A stretch of DNA of 27,097 nt from assembly GCA_009103225.1 (NCBI GenBank), contig RHPI01002955.1, forward strand, positions 1 to 27,097, given 5' to 3'. The notes beneath the pieces were generated by a model. It saw only the letters and a list, made by a program, of their open reading frames with translations, made no database searches and was not told where the DNA came from. Shown one piece after another: positions 1-10,263 of the stretch (within the stretch, counting starts at the first letter, position 1; each line of letters starts with the position of its first letter). The DNA is from Chlorokybus atmophyticus (lineage: Eukaryota > Plantae > Mesostigma and Chlorokybus algae). A program made the translations under genes and the position numbers.

Positions 1-118
1 GCCAGGGACGGAGGCTACCGCGCGCCAAGCACGCCTAGGGACAGGCCGCTGCTTGACGCGGGGGGAGGTGAATTGAACAATAAAAGGCCTTAAAACGGCC
101 GGGTCGCAGGGCCCCACC
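1..118. other. Non-copia sequence abutting the truncated copia unit; possibly the end of another inserted element
   Basis: Homology to copia unit 2 (offset 4652) starts abruptly at 119 (TTCGGGCATT = 4771). Bases 1-118 do not match 4653-4770. Confidence 0.45.
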
Positions 119-2800
119 TTCGGGCATTTGGGCTACAGCAACCTCACACGCCTGGTTGCTGAAGACATGGTAAAGGACATCACTGTGAGCAAGGAAGATT
201 TTCAAGCGTCTTCAACTACGTTCTGTGAACCCTGTGTGTTGGCCAAACAGCATCGCATGCCGTTCCCATCATCTACTTCAAGTAGCAAGCATCCTTGCGA
301 GCTTGTGCACATGGACGTGTGCGGGCCTATGCGCATTGTGGCGAAAGGAGGGGTAAGGTACTTCGCGACTTTCCTTGACGACTACAGCAAGCTTTCCATC
401 GTCTTCCCTTTGATTCAAAAGTCAAAAGTCGCTGGAGCTGTGCACACAGTCATTTCATTGCTGGAGACCCAATCGGGCAAGAAGATGAAGGCAATGAGGA
501 GTGATTGAGGAGGGGAGTACATCAACGCCCAGCTCAAAGAGTTCTTCGCCAGCAAAGGCATACGCCATGAGACAACAGCACCATACACTCCGCAGCAGAA
601 TGGAGCAGCTGAACGTCTCAACCGAACGTTGTTGGAGCGTGTTCGAGCCATGCTCAATGACACCAAGTTGGAGGATAGTCTGTGGAAAGAAGCCGTTCTT
701 ACTGCCAATTACATTCGCAACCGCTCACCAGTCAGCTATGAGCAAAAGACTCCGTGGGAGCTCTTTTACGGTGAAGCGCCAGATGTGAGTGGCATGCGTG
801 TGTTCGGATGTGTGGCATATGCACTTGTGCCAAGTCAATTGCGACACAAGTTGGAGCCAGTCAGCAAGAAGGGCATTTTCGTTGGCTACGAACCAGGCTC
901 AAAGGCGTACAAGGTCCTACTGGAGGACACGCGCAAAGTTGTGGTGAGCAGAGAAGTCGTGTTCCACGAAGGCTCATCACAAGTTAAAGCTGAAGAAGGT
1001 TTCTACCCTCGAGATGAAGATGACAAAGCACAACCTGAAGAGCTTTCAAGCAGAGAAGAGGTTGAAGGCGAGGCATCAGTCATCAATAAAGAGCAGGGCT
1101 CAGCTGTATCAGACGAGAAGCAGAAGCAGCAGGAGCAAGCTCGACGCTACCCAGTGAGGGAGAGACAAGCACCTGACTTCTACAAGGCACACGTCGCCAG
1201 TGTGCACAATGAAGAGAGTGAAGAACCAAGCACCTACGAGGAGGCATTGCGAGCACTTGATGCAGAGCAATGGCAGCGAGCTATGGATGATGAGATTGCA
1301 TCGCTTCATGCCAACAACACTTGGGTGTTGGAGAAGGCCCCGCAAGGTGTGAAACCCATTCCAGTCAAGTGGGTGTTCAAGGTGAAGCGTGATGGTCAAG
1401 GCAACATTGAGCGCTACAAGGCAAGGTTGGTGGCAAAGGGATTCTTTCAGCAAGAAGGTGTGGATTTCAATGAAGTGTTTGCACCTGCAAGTAAGCATGC
1501 AACCTTCCGCACATTGATCGCCATGGTTGCTGCTGAAGACTTCGAGTGTCACCACCTTAATGTGAAGACTGCTTTCCTTTACGGTGAGATGGAGGAAGAG
1601 ATCTACACCAAGCAACCACCAGGCTGCGCAGAAGGGGAGCCAGGCATGGCTTGCAAGTTGATCAAGGCTTTGTATGGGCTGCGACAAGCACCACGCGTGT
1701 GGCACATTCGCCTCACGAAAGAGTTGGAGAAACTCGGCTACAAAGCATCCTCAGCGGATCCGGGGCTCTTCATTCACGAAGAAAAGAAGGTTTACTTGCT
1801 CGTGTATGTGGACGATATCATTGTCACGGCCAAGCGAGTTGAAGACCTGAAGGAGACAAAGAACGGACTACAGCAAGCATTCGCAGTGCGCGACCTTGGA
1901 GAGGTCAAGTTATTTCTTGGCATGGTGATAGAGCGTGACAGAGCAGCACGCACAATCAAGATCAGCCAAGAGCAGATGGTGAAACGACTTGTCACAAAGT
2001 TCGGACTCAATGAAGCAAAGACCAAGTCTACTCCATTGGCACTCGGCACCAACCTCGTCAAAGCGAAAGATGAGGAAGTACTCGACAAGGCTCAGTATCC
2101 CTATGGTGAGCTTGTTGGGAGTATGCTCTACCTAGCAGTGTGCACAAGACCCGACATCGCACATGCAGTTGGAGTGCTTGCGCGCTACATGTCTGCACCA
2201 AGCATGGAGCACTGGCGTGCAGCGAAGGGAGTATTGCGCTACGTGGCTGGAAGCGCAAGTGTTGGCATCAAGTTTGGTTGCGGAAGCACAGAGATGGAGG
2301 GCTATTGCGACGCAGACTTTGCAGGTGACCTCGATAGCAGGAGGTCCACCACGGCGTACGTCTTCAAGTTGAATGGAGGCGTGGTGAGCTGGAACAGTAG
2401 GCTGCAACCCACAACAGCTGCATCTACTTCGGAAGCGGAGTACATGGCAGCATCGGCTGCAGTGAAGGAGGCGTTATGGCTTCGCAAGCTGATGGCAGAT
2501 CTGGAGCACCCGATGGCGTGTATCACGATCAACTGCGACAACCAAGGCGCCATCAAGTTGCTGAAGCACCCCATTGCCTCGACAAGGACAAAGCACATTG
2601 ATGTCATGCATCACTTTGTGCGAGACAGAGTCACACGCAAGGAGGTTGAGTTCCAATATTGCAATACGGAAGACATGCTCGCGGACTTCATGACGAAGCC
2701 ACTGTCACCGCTGAAGTTCAAGGCATGTTGCAAGGGACTCGGCATATGTGCTTAGGTGAAAGAAGACCAAGCGTTGGAGGCCAAGCTGCCCGCGTGGGAG
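119..2800 (+). pseudogene. Ty1/copia internal region, unit 1, 5'-truncated: GAG-pre-integrase, integrase, RT, RNase H
   Basis: Colinear with 4771-7452. Motifs: integrase HMDVCGP and NGAAERLNR, RT YVDD, RNase H GYCDADF. Premature TGA at 506-508 (CGA at 5158-5160 in unit 2) splits ORFs 128-508 and 629-2755. Confidence 0.95.
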
Positions 2801-3202
2801 TGTTGAAGATATTCCTACATCCGGTCAGCCTGCCCTGCATACAAGAGAGAAGAGAAGGGACCTCGATGGGAGGACCTCGAAGACTCCGGACATGAAGGTC
2901 CTGGCGCGGACTGCAGAGAAGGGTCCTAGGAGAATCGTCATATCTCCTAGGATACTCAGTCTTATAGGACGTGGCATAGCTTGTTACAAAGCTTATCAAG
3001 TTAGCTACGTGGCACATCTTACAGCGTAGGATATGGTTCAGTATATCGGACGCTGTTGCATGTAGACCAGCAGTGTGTACAAACTGTGTACTGACTGGCG
3101 GGTATATAACCCCGCGGTCTGTTGGTAATAAATCGGGAAGTGTGTTGCCTTCTCCTGTGTGTCATTGCTTGCCCTCTTCACTTGCATGCTTGCTTCTCAA
3201 CA
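2801..3202 (+). repeat. Copia LTR (402 bp) shared by both units
   Basis: TGTTGA...TCAACA termini. Preceded by a purine-rich GTGGGAG tract and followed by a PBS. TATATAA at 3103-3109, AATAAA at 3127-3132. About 10 differences from 7453-7854 by eye. Confidence 0.96.
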
Positions 3203-3215
3203 GGTTATGGGCCCA
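3203..3215 (+). promoter_or_regulatory. Primer-binding site GGTTATGGGCCCA (copia-type, internal tRNA-iMet half priming)
   Basis: Directly abuts the LTR end CA. Matches the GGTTATGGGCCCA PBS known from Drosophila copia. Confidence 0.85.
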
Positions 3216-3280
3216 CACTACGCGTGAAGAGTGTGAGAAAGAGAAAGAAAGCGAAGTGAAGAAAAGTGACAAAGTGCATT

Positions 3281-3460
3281 GAAGTGAAGATCGAAGTCAC
3301 TCAAGACTGAAGAGTGAAGAGAAGACCGAAGTCACTCAAGACTGAAGGCGCTGAAGAGTGAAGTGAAGACCGAAGTCATTCAAGACCGAAGTCATTGAAG
3401 TCACTCAAGAGTGAAGTGTAGATTAAAGATACTGAAGTCAACAAAGTCACTCAAGTCACA
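3281..3460 (+). repeat. Degenerate tandem repeats in the copia 5' leader
   Basis: Repeated GAAGA(C/T)CGAAGTCA(C/T)TCAAGAC and GAAGTGAAGA units, purine-rich, between the PBS and the ATG. Confidence 0.75.
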
Positions 3461-3525
3461 ACACGTGAAGATTATCAAAGCAAGTCTCAAGTGCTAACTG
3501 CAAGAAGAAAGCAGGCGCGGCAAAG

Positions 3526-6500
3526 ATGGAGGCAAGCTACGATAAAGGGCTGATCACAAAGCTGGACACAAACAACTACAGCACTTGGTGCGTAGAGATG
3601 AAGGCACTACTTATCCACAAGAAGATGTGGAAGTATGTTGACCCGAAGGCATCTGCACCAAGAGCAGGAGAAGAAAGCATCTGGCTTGAACACTCAGTTG
3701 AAGCACATTCCTTGATGGTGCTTAACTGCAAGCCACATCACTTTCCCATGCTCACAGCATGTGAAGATGGCAGACAAGCTTGGGAGAAGCTTGCAGCCGT
3801 ATTTCAAGCCAAGAACAACGCCAGAAAGATACAATTACGCAAGCAGCTAAGCGCGCTTCATAAAGAGACGGCCGAGCCGGTCACAAAGTATGTTGCACGT
3901 GCGAGAGAGCTGTGGGCGGACCTCATCAACGTCGGCCACAAGATGGAAGAGACGGAGGTCGTATTGGCGATTGTTGCAGGACTGCCATTAGAGTACGAAG
4001 TTGTCGCTACTCTGCTCGAGACATCGTCATCGGAGCTAACCCTAGACGATGTGCTACCCAAGTTGCTCACTGTGGAGCAACGCGTCTCAAAGAAGGAAGA
4101 GCAAGCGGACTCTGTGGCCTTCTACACACGAGACAAATACAAGAAATTAAGCAACTATGAAGACAAGAACAAGGCGAAAGGCAGCAACTCAAAGTTCAAG
4201 AATCTCACATGCCACTATTGTGGTATTAAAGGACATATCTCAAAGGATTGTCGTAAGCGCCAACGAGAGCAATCTGAAGCAGGCACCAGTAGCAACGCTC
4301 AACGCAAAGAAAAGGGTGTTGCATTTACTGCCTCAAGGAAGTTTGATACAACTTCATGGGCAATTGACTCAGGCTGTGACCAGCATCTCACACCGCACAA
4401 GGAGGTGATGGAGAACTACAGGAAGATGTCAACCACAAGGAAGGTGGAAGGCTTTAGTGGTCACGAGTTGGAAGCAATAGGAGTTGGTGAAGTGAGGCTT
4501 CAATGCAAGATTGGTGATGGTGAGAGAGAGGTGGTACTGCGTGAAGTATTGCACGTACCTGGAGCTGCTGCAAGCTTGTTTTCTGTGAGAGTTGCTGAGC
4601 GCGTGGGAGCTGAGATAGTGATCCGGGAGGGACGCTGCTCCGTACGCATGGATGGGGTCGAGTACATGGTCGGCACCCAACGAGGAGGGCTCTACATTGT
4701 GGAGCAGACTCATGGCAGCAAGGCCATGATTGTGAAGGAGAAGGAGACGGCTGAGCTTTGGCATCGAAGGTTCGGGCATTTGGGCTACAGCAACCTCACA
4801 CGCCTGGTCGCTGAAGACATGGTGAAGGGCATTACTGGGAGCAAGGAAGATTTTCAAGCGTCTTCAACTACGCTCTGTGAACCCTGTGTGTTGGCCAAGC
4901 AGCATCGCATGCCGTTCTCATCATCTTCTTCAAGTAGCAAACATCCCTGCGAGCTTGTGCACATGGACGTTTGCGGGCCTATGCGCATTGTGGCGAAAGG
5001 AGGGGTAAGGTACTTTGCAACATTCCTCGACGACTACAGCAAGCTTTCCATCGTCTTCCCTTTGATTCAAAAGTCAGAAGTCGCTGGAGCTGTGCGTACA
5101 GTCATTGCATTGCTTGAGATTCAATCGGGCAAGAAGATGAAAGCAATGAGAAGTGATCGAGGAGGGGAGTACATCAACGCCCAGCTCAAAGAGTTCTTCG
5201 CCAGCAAAGGCATACGGCATGAGACAACAGCACCATACACTCCGCAGCAGAATGGAGCAGCTGAACGTCTCAACCGAACGTTGTTGGAGCGTGTTCGAGC
5301 CATGCTCAATGACACCAAGTTGGAGGACAGTCTGTGGAAAGAGGCCGTTCTCACTGCCAACTACATCCGCAACCGTTCACCGATAAGCTCTGAGCAAAAG
5401 ACTCCGTGGGAGCTCTTTTACGGTGAAGCGCCAGATGTGAGTGGCATGCGTGTGTTCGGATGTGTGGCATATGCACTTGTGCCAAGTCAATTGCGACACA
5501 AGTTGGAGCCGGTCAGCAAGAAGGGCATCTTCGTTGGCTACGAACCAGGCTCAAAGGCGTACAAGGTCCTACTGGAGGACACGCGCAAGATTGTGGTGAG
5601 CAGAGAAGTCGTGTTCCACGAAGGCTCATCACAAGTTGAAGCTGAAGAAGGTTTCTACCCTCAAGATGAAGATGACAAAGCACAACCTGAAGAGCTTTCA
5701 AGCAGAGAAGAGGTTGAAGGCGAGGCATCAGTCATCAATAAAGAGCAGGGCTCATCTGTAGCAGACGAGAAGCAGAAGCAGCAGGAGCAAGCTCGACGCT
5801 ACCCAGTAAGGGAAAGACAAGCACCTGACTTCTACAAGGCACACATCGCTAGTGTGCACAATGACGAGAGTGAAGAACCAAGCACCTACGAGGAGGCATT
5901 GCGAGCACCAGATGCAGAACAATGGCAGCGAGCTATGGATGATGAGATTGCATCACTCCATGCCAACAACACATGGGTGTTGGAGAAGCCCCCGCAAGGT
6001 GTGAAGCCCATTCCGGTCAAGTGGGTGTTCAAGGTGAAGCGTGATGGTCAAGGCAACATCGAGCGCTACAAGGCAAGGTTGGTGGCAAAGGGATTTTTGC
6101 AACAAGAAGGTGTGGATTTCAATGAAGTGTTTGCACCTGCAAGTAAGCATGCAACCTTCCGCACATTGATCGCCATGGTTGCTGCTGAAGACCTCGAGTG
6201 TCACCACCTTGATGTGAAGACTGCTTTCCTTTACGGAGAGCTGGAGGAAGAGATCTACACCAAGCAACCACCAGGCTACGCAGAAGGGGAGCCAGGCATG
6301 GCTTGCAAGTTGATCAAGGCTTTGTATGGGCTGCGACAAGCACCACGTGTGTGGCACATTCGCCTCACGAAAGAGTTGGAGAAACTCGGCTACAAAGCAT
6401 CCTCAGCGGATCCGGGGCTCTTCATCCATGAAGAGAAGAAGGTTTACTTGCTCGTGTATGTGGACGACATCATCGTCACGGCCAAGCAAGTTGAAGACCT

Positions 6501-7407
6501 GAAGCAAACGAAGCACGGATTGCAGCAAGCATTCGCAGTACGCGACCTTGGAGAGGTCAAGTTATTTCTTGGCATGGTGATAGAGCGTGACAGAGCAGCA
6601 CGCACAATCAAGATCAGCCAAGAGCAGATGGTGAAGCAACTTGTCACCAAGTTCGGACTCAACGAAGCAAAGACCAAGTCTACTCCATTGGCACTCGGCA
6701 CCAACCTCGTCAAAGCGAAAGATGAGGAAGTACTCGACAAGGCTCAGTATCCCTATGGTGAGCTTGTTGGGAGTATGCTCTACCTAGCAGTGTGCACAAG
6801 ACCCGACATCGCACATGCAGTTGGAGTGCTTGCGCGCTACATGTCTGCATCAAGCATGGAGCACTGGCGTGCAGCGAAGGGAGTATTGCGCTACGTGGCT
6901 GGAAGCGCAAGTGTTGGCATCGAGTTTGGTTGCGGGAGCACAGAGATGGAGGGCTATTGCTACGCGGACTTTGCAAGTGACCTCGATAGCAGGAGGTCCA
7001 CCACGGCGTACGTCTTCAAGTCGAATGGAGGCGTGGTGAGCTGGAACAGTAGGCTGCAACCCACAACAGCTGCATCTACTTCGGAAGCGGAGTACATGGC
7101 AGCATCGGCTGCAGTGAAGGAGGGGTTATGGCTTCGCAAGCTGATGGCAGATCCGGAGCACCCGATGGCGTGTATCACGATCAACTGCGACAACCAAGGC
7201 GCCATCAAGTTGCTGAAGCACCTCATTGCCTCGACAAGGACAAAGCACATTGATGTCATGCATCACTTTGTGCGAGACAGAGTCACACGTAAGGAGGTTG
7301 AGTTCCAATATTGCAATACGGAAGACATGCTCGCGGACTTCATGACGAAGCCACTGTCACCGCTGAAGTTCAAGGCATGTTGCAAGGGACTCGGCATATG
7401 TGCTTAG
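3526..7407 (+). CDS. Copia Gag-Pol polyprotein (1293 aa)
   Basis: Zinc knuckle CHYCGIKGHISKDC, protease AIDSG, LWHRRFGH pre-integrase, integrase core, RT LDVKTAFL and YVDD, RNase H EAEY and KHID. Frame is open, but the first RNase H Asp reads Tyr (GYCYADF, TAC at 6961). Confidence 0.95.
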   Translation: MEASYDKGLITKLDTNNYSTWCVEMKALLIHKKMWKYVDPKASAPRAGEESIWLEHSVEAHSLMVLNCKPHHFPMLTACEDGRQAWEKLAAVFQAKNNARKIQLRKQLSALHKETAEPVTKYVARARELWADLINVGHKMEETEVVLAIVAGLPLEYEVVATLLETSSSELTLDDVLPKLLTVEQRVSKKEEQADSVAFYTRDKYKKLSNYEDKNKAKGSNSKFKNLTCHYCGIKGHISKDCRKRQREQSEAGTSSNAQRKEKGVAFTASRKFDTTSWAIDSGCDQHLTPHKEVMENYRKMSTTRKVEGFSGHELEAIGVGEVRLQCKIGDGEREVVLREVLHVPGAAASLFSVRVAERVGAEIVIREGRCSVRMDGVEYMVGTQRGGLYIVEQTHGSKAMIVKEKETAELWHRRFGHLGYSNLTRLVAEDMVKGITGSKEDFQASSTTLCEPCVLAKQHRMPFSSSSSSSKHPCELVHMDVCGPMRIVAKGGVRYFATFLDDYSKLSIVFPLIQKSEVAGAVRTVIALLEIQSGKKMKAMRSDRGGEYINAQLKEFFASKGIRHETTAPYTPQQNGAAERLNRTLLERVRAMLNDTKLEDSLWKEAVLTANYIRNRSPISSEQKTPWELFYGEAPDVSGMRVFGCVAYALVPSQLRHKLEPVSKKGIFVGYEPGSKAYKVLLEDTRKIVVSREVVFHEGSSQVEAEEGFYPQDEDDKAQPEELSSREEVEGEASVINKEQGSSVADEKQKQQEQARRYPVRERQAPDFYKAHIASVHNDESEEPSTYEEALRAPDAEQWQRAMDDEIASLHANNTWVLEKPPQGVKPIPVKWVFKVKRDGQGNIERYKARLVAKGFLQQEGVDFNEVFAPASKHATFRTLIAMVAAEDLECHHLDVKTAFLYGELEEEIYTKQPPGYAEGEPGMACKLIKALYGLRQAPRVWHIRLTKELEKLGYKASSADPGLFIHEEKKVYLLVYVDDIIVTAKQVEDLKQTKHGLQQAFAVRDLGEVKLFLGMVIERDRAARTIKISQEQMVKQLVTKFGLNEAKTKSTPLALGTNLVKAKDEEVLDKAQYPYGELVGSMLYLAVCTRPDIAHAVGVLARYMSASSMEHWRAAKGVLRYVAGSASVGIEFGCGSTEMEGYCYADFASDLDSRRSTTAYVFKSNGGVVSWNSRLQPTTAASTSEAEYMAASAAVKEGLWLRKLMADPEHPMACITINCDNQGAIKLLKHLIASTRTKHIDVMHHFVRDRVTRKEVEFQYCNTEDMLADFMTKPLSPLKFKACCKGLGICA

Positions 7408-7452
7408 GTGGAAGAAGACCAAGCGTTGGAGGCCAAGCTGCCCGCGTGGGAG

Positions 7453-7854
7453 TGTTGAAGATATTCTTACATCCGGTCAGCCTGCCCTGCATACAAGAGA
7501 GAAGAGAAGGGTTTTCGATGGGAGGACCTCGAAGACTCCGGACATAAAGGTCCTGGCGCGGACTGCAGAGAAGGGTCCTAGGAGAATCGTCATATCTCCT
7601 AGGATACTCAGTCTTATAGGACGTGGCATAGCTTGTTACAAAGCTTATCAAGTTAGCTATGTGGCACATCTTACAGCGTAGGATATGGTTCAGTATATCG
7701 GACGATGTTGCATGTAGACCAGCAGTGTGTACAAACTGTGTACTGACTGGCGGGTATATAACCCCGCGGTCTGTTGGTCATAAATTGGGAAGTGTGTTGC
7801 CTTCTCCTGTGTGTCATTGCTTGCCCTCTTCACGTGCATGCTTGCTTCTCAACA
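7453..7854 (+). repeat. Copia 3' LTR (402 bp)
   Basis: Direct repeat of 2801-3202 with TGTTGA...TCAACA termini. Confidence 0.96.
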
Positions 7855-10120
7855 AATTGCGCCAGCCAATGCCGCAAAGTGTCTTCAGCTTGCTTGGCAT
7901 CTGCAGCAGCATGATCGTCCTGCTCTGCATCTGAATTCTTCTGCTTGTTGCTGTCGCTTTCGTCCTTGTGCTCATTAGCAGGAAGCTCTGTAGCGGCTTC
8001 AGCATCCAAGTCCATGGTTGCAGCGTCAGCTGGGGAATCTGCCTTCTGCAGCTTATCGTGCAGCTCCTGCCACTGCTAATCGTTTGCCATGTCTTCCAGC
8101 GCCTTTGCGTAACCATCCACTGCAAACAGATATGCGGGTGATACCCTCAATAACTGATCCTCAGCAATGCCCACACAGGTCACAACACTGGGCACTTACT
8201 TTGCACAGCATTGGCCATTGACTTAGACACCCACTGCTTCACTTTCTTAAACTTGTCGGCACCCCCGGCTTCTTGCTCAGCATTGCCCTTAGTCAGCCAT
8301 TGGCTCAGCATTGCAAGGTGCCGAGCAGAGTTGTGTTTGGATCCTGTAAACATCTGATGCAATCTCGTTGGCAATGGCCGCATGCGTCTTGACTCGCGGA
8401 AGCGGTATAGGCGTCGCTGCGAGCTCTCCTGTAAGTGCCCTGTACTCGCCATCTAGTTCGTAGTTGTGCTATTCCTACAAAGGCAATACAGCGACATGAC
8501 AAATTAAATAGCTGAGATATGAGAGGATCATTAACTCAAAGCGGATAATTTACTTACCAGTTTTTTGCAGGTTTTGCTCAATTGTCTGCAGTACACACTC
8601 AAAGCGTGGATACTGGTGGGATCAGGGTCTACAAGGAATCCGTTGTTCCCTCGCTTCAGGTCATTGGTCGCGAAGCCACCAGCACCAGATTCAAGGTCCA
8701 AGAACAACATCTCCCTAGTGTCCTTACGGTATGGCAAAAAATCAAGAGCAAGTCTTTGGGAGAATCGTTAAGCTTGGTTGACCAGTTTAGGGCCAAACTT
8801 CGCCATCTGAGCGGTTCAGTAATTTCGCATTATGTCACTCAGCAAAGCATTTCTGCGGTAAGCTATTGCCCAACCATCGAGCAGAATTCCTAGCGGATCC
8901 CGACCCTCATCAACTTAGATCAGCTTCATCTTGGCATCAACCCCGCTCTTGGAATTTGGATGAGAGGCAAGGTGTTCTCTTAATTGCGGAATGGTAGGTT
9001 GACTGTCGTGATAGTTGCGAAGGCTGAACTTGCGTGGCAAAACGTAAATATGCCGGGTACCGACGTTGCTCATTCGGGTTCACACGCTGTAATAGAAGCG
9101 CTCAAGGTTTGCGTGGTGCAAGCCAATGTTGTTGTCTCCGTCCTTGAAGCAGGCCACTACTACATTAGCACTACAGGCCCGAGATGTAAAGTACGTGGGA
9201 CAAGCTAATTGCTCTGCAAAGACAACGCAGTAGACTCAATTGCTACATCGGGTTAATGGACCTTGCAGATTCTGTAACACAATGACTCACTGCTGCTGGC
9301 GTGGTGGTAAGTCGATGTCTCCACAGCAAAGGCATTATGTCTAAGAATCTGCACTAGATTGCAGTAATGTTCGTCGTCCACAAGGACCACCATATTCAAA
9401 CAAGGCAACGGCTTGTTGTGGCCGACCAAGATATCCTTCAAGTCTGTGAAGCATTGGTTGGTGATGCCAAAGTCCTCCACTCTGCTGCGATGCGTCACAA
9501 ACTCTATATCCACAAACACATCGCAGAATGGCGGCAGGGGATTCTTCGATTAAGACAAGCTGTGCAGGCACTGCTGAGCAGTGTCCATTCAAAAGACAAA
9601 CGTTGCCTGACCACTGGCAGGCGCTTTCTCTTTCAATTCCAGATTCCGTCTACATGCATTGGAGCACAGTCAGTGGCATAAGCACGCAGTTAATAGAGCC
9701 ACAGTAACCTAAACATTACTTACTGCGGAATTTCCACAGCGCCTTTGATCTCGGCGGCTGTGTAGACCAGCGCTGATCTACAGCTAGCTTGGAGCCCATG
9801 AGTTCTTTAAATCATCCCGAATGGCGACGGGTAGACATAAATCTTTTAAAATGTCCCAAAAGTTGTTTAACATGTGTAGGCTGTCCTTTCCCTTTCACCT
9901 TGCGCGCCCTTTTTCGCTTTTTCTCAACGTCTTCCTTTGACTCCTTCGTCTGTAACTTGGGCCTCGCTGCTATTAGCTCCCTTATAAACAGGTCATGCGT
10001 CTGAGCTCTGACAAAAAGCAAGTCCAACTTGGGCAAAAGCTCAGGGTACTTTTTGCAAAGACGATCGTGATTGCTGCAAGCAAGAACAAGTGCGTCAAGA
10101 CATAAGGCAGGCAGCTAAGA

Positions 10121-10263
10121 GAGGTTTAGGATCTTGGACCTCTAAGAGTTGGCTGTAAAGAGGTTCAAGACCTTGTATATCTGTAAGCAGGCAGCTGATG
10201 GAGGTCCAACAACTTGGAACTCTAAGTGCTGGGTGTTAAGGGAGGTCCAAGATCTTGGACCTC
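10121..10263. repeat. Array of four 22-bp palindromic units (GAGGTCCAAGATCTTGGACCTC) at a 39-41-bp period
   Basis: Units at 10121, 10160, 10201 and 10242. The last is a perfect palindrome. Confidence 0.88.

Larger units (their letters stand above)
2801..7854 (+). mobile_element. Full-length Ty1/copia LTR retrotransposon, unit 2
   Basis: LTR-PBS-single gag-pol ORF in copia order (PR-IN-RT-RH)-PPT-LTR. Right flank AATTG at 7855-7859 is the candidate TSD; its mate is outside the window. Confidence 0.96.

Noticed and set aside
1109-7308. Antisense and alternate-frame ORFs inside the copia units (e.g. 1109-1705, 5953-6357)
   Set aside because: These are shadows of the pol frame, repeated only because the element is duplicated, and have no motifs.
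7405-7458. Read-through of the copia TAG into an open frame ending at the TGA inside the LTR start
   Set aside because: Only about 16 codons, which is expected by chance. The stop is at the normal end of RNase H.
10121-10263. CRISPR-like array (palindromic repeats at regular spacing)
   Set aside because: The spacers are only 17-19 nt and resemble each other, the repeats are degenerate, there are no cas genes, and the context is a eukaryotic intron.
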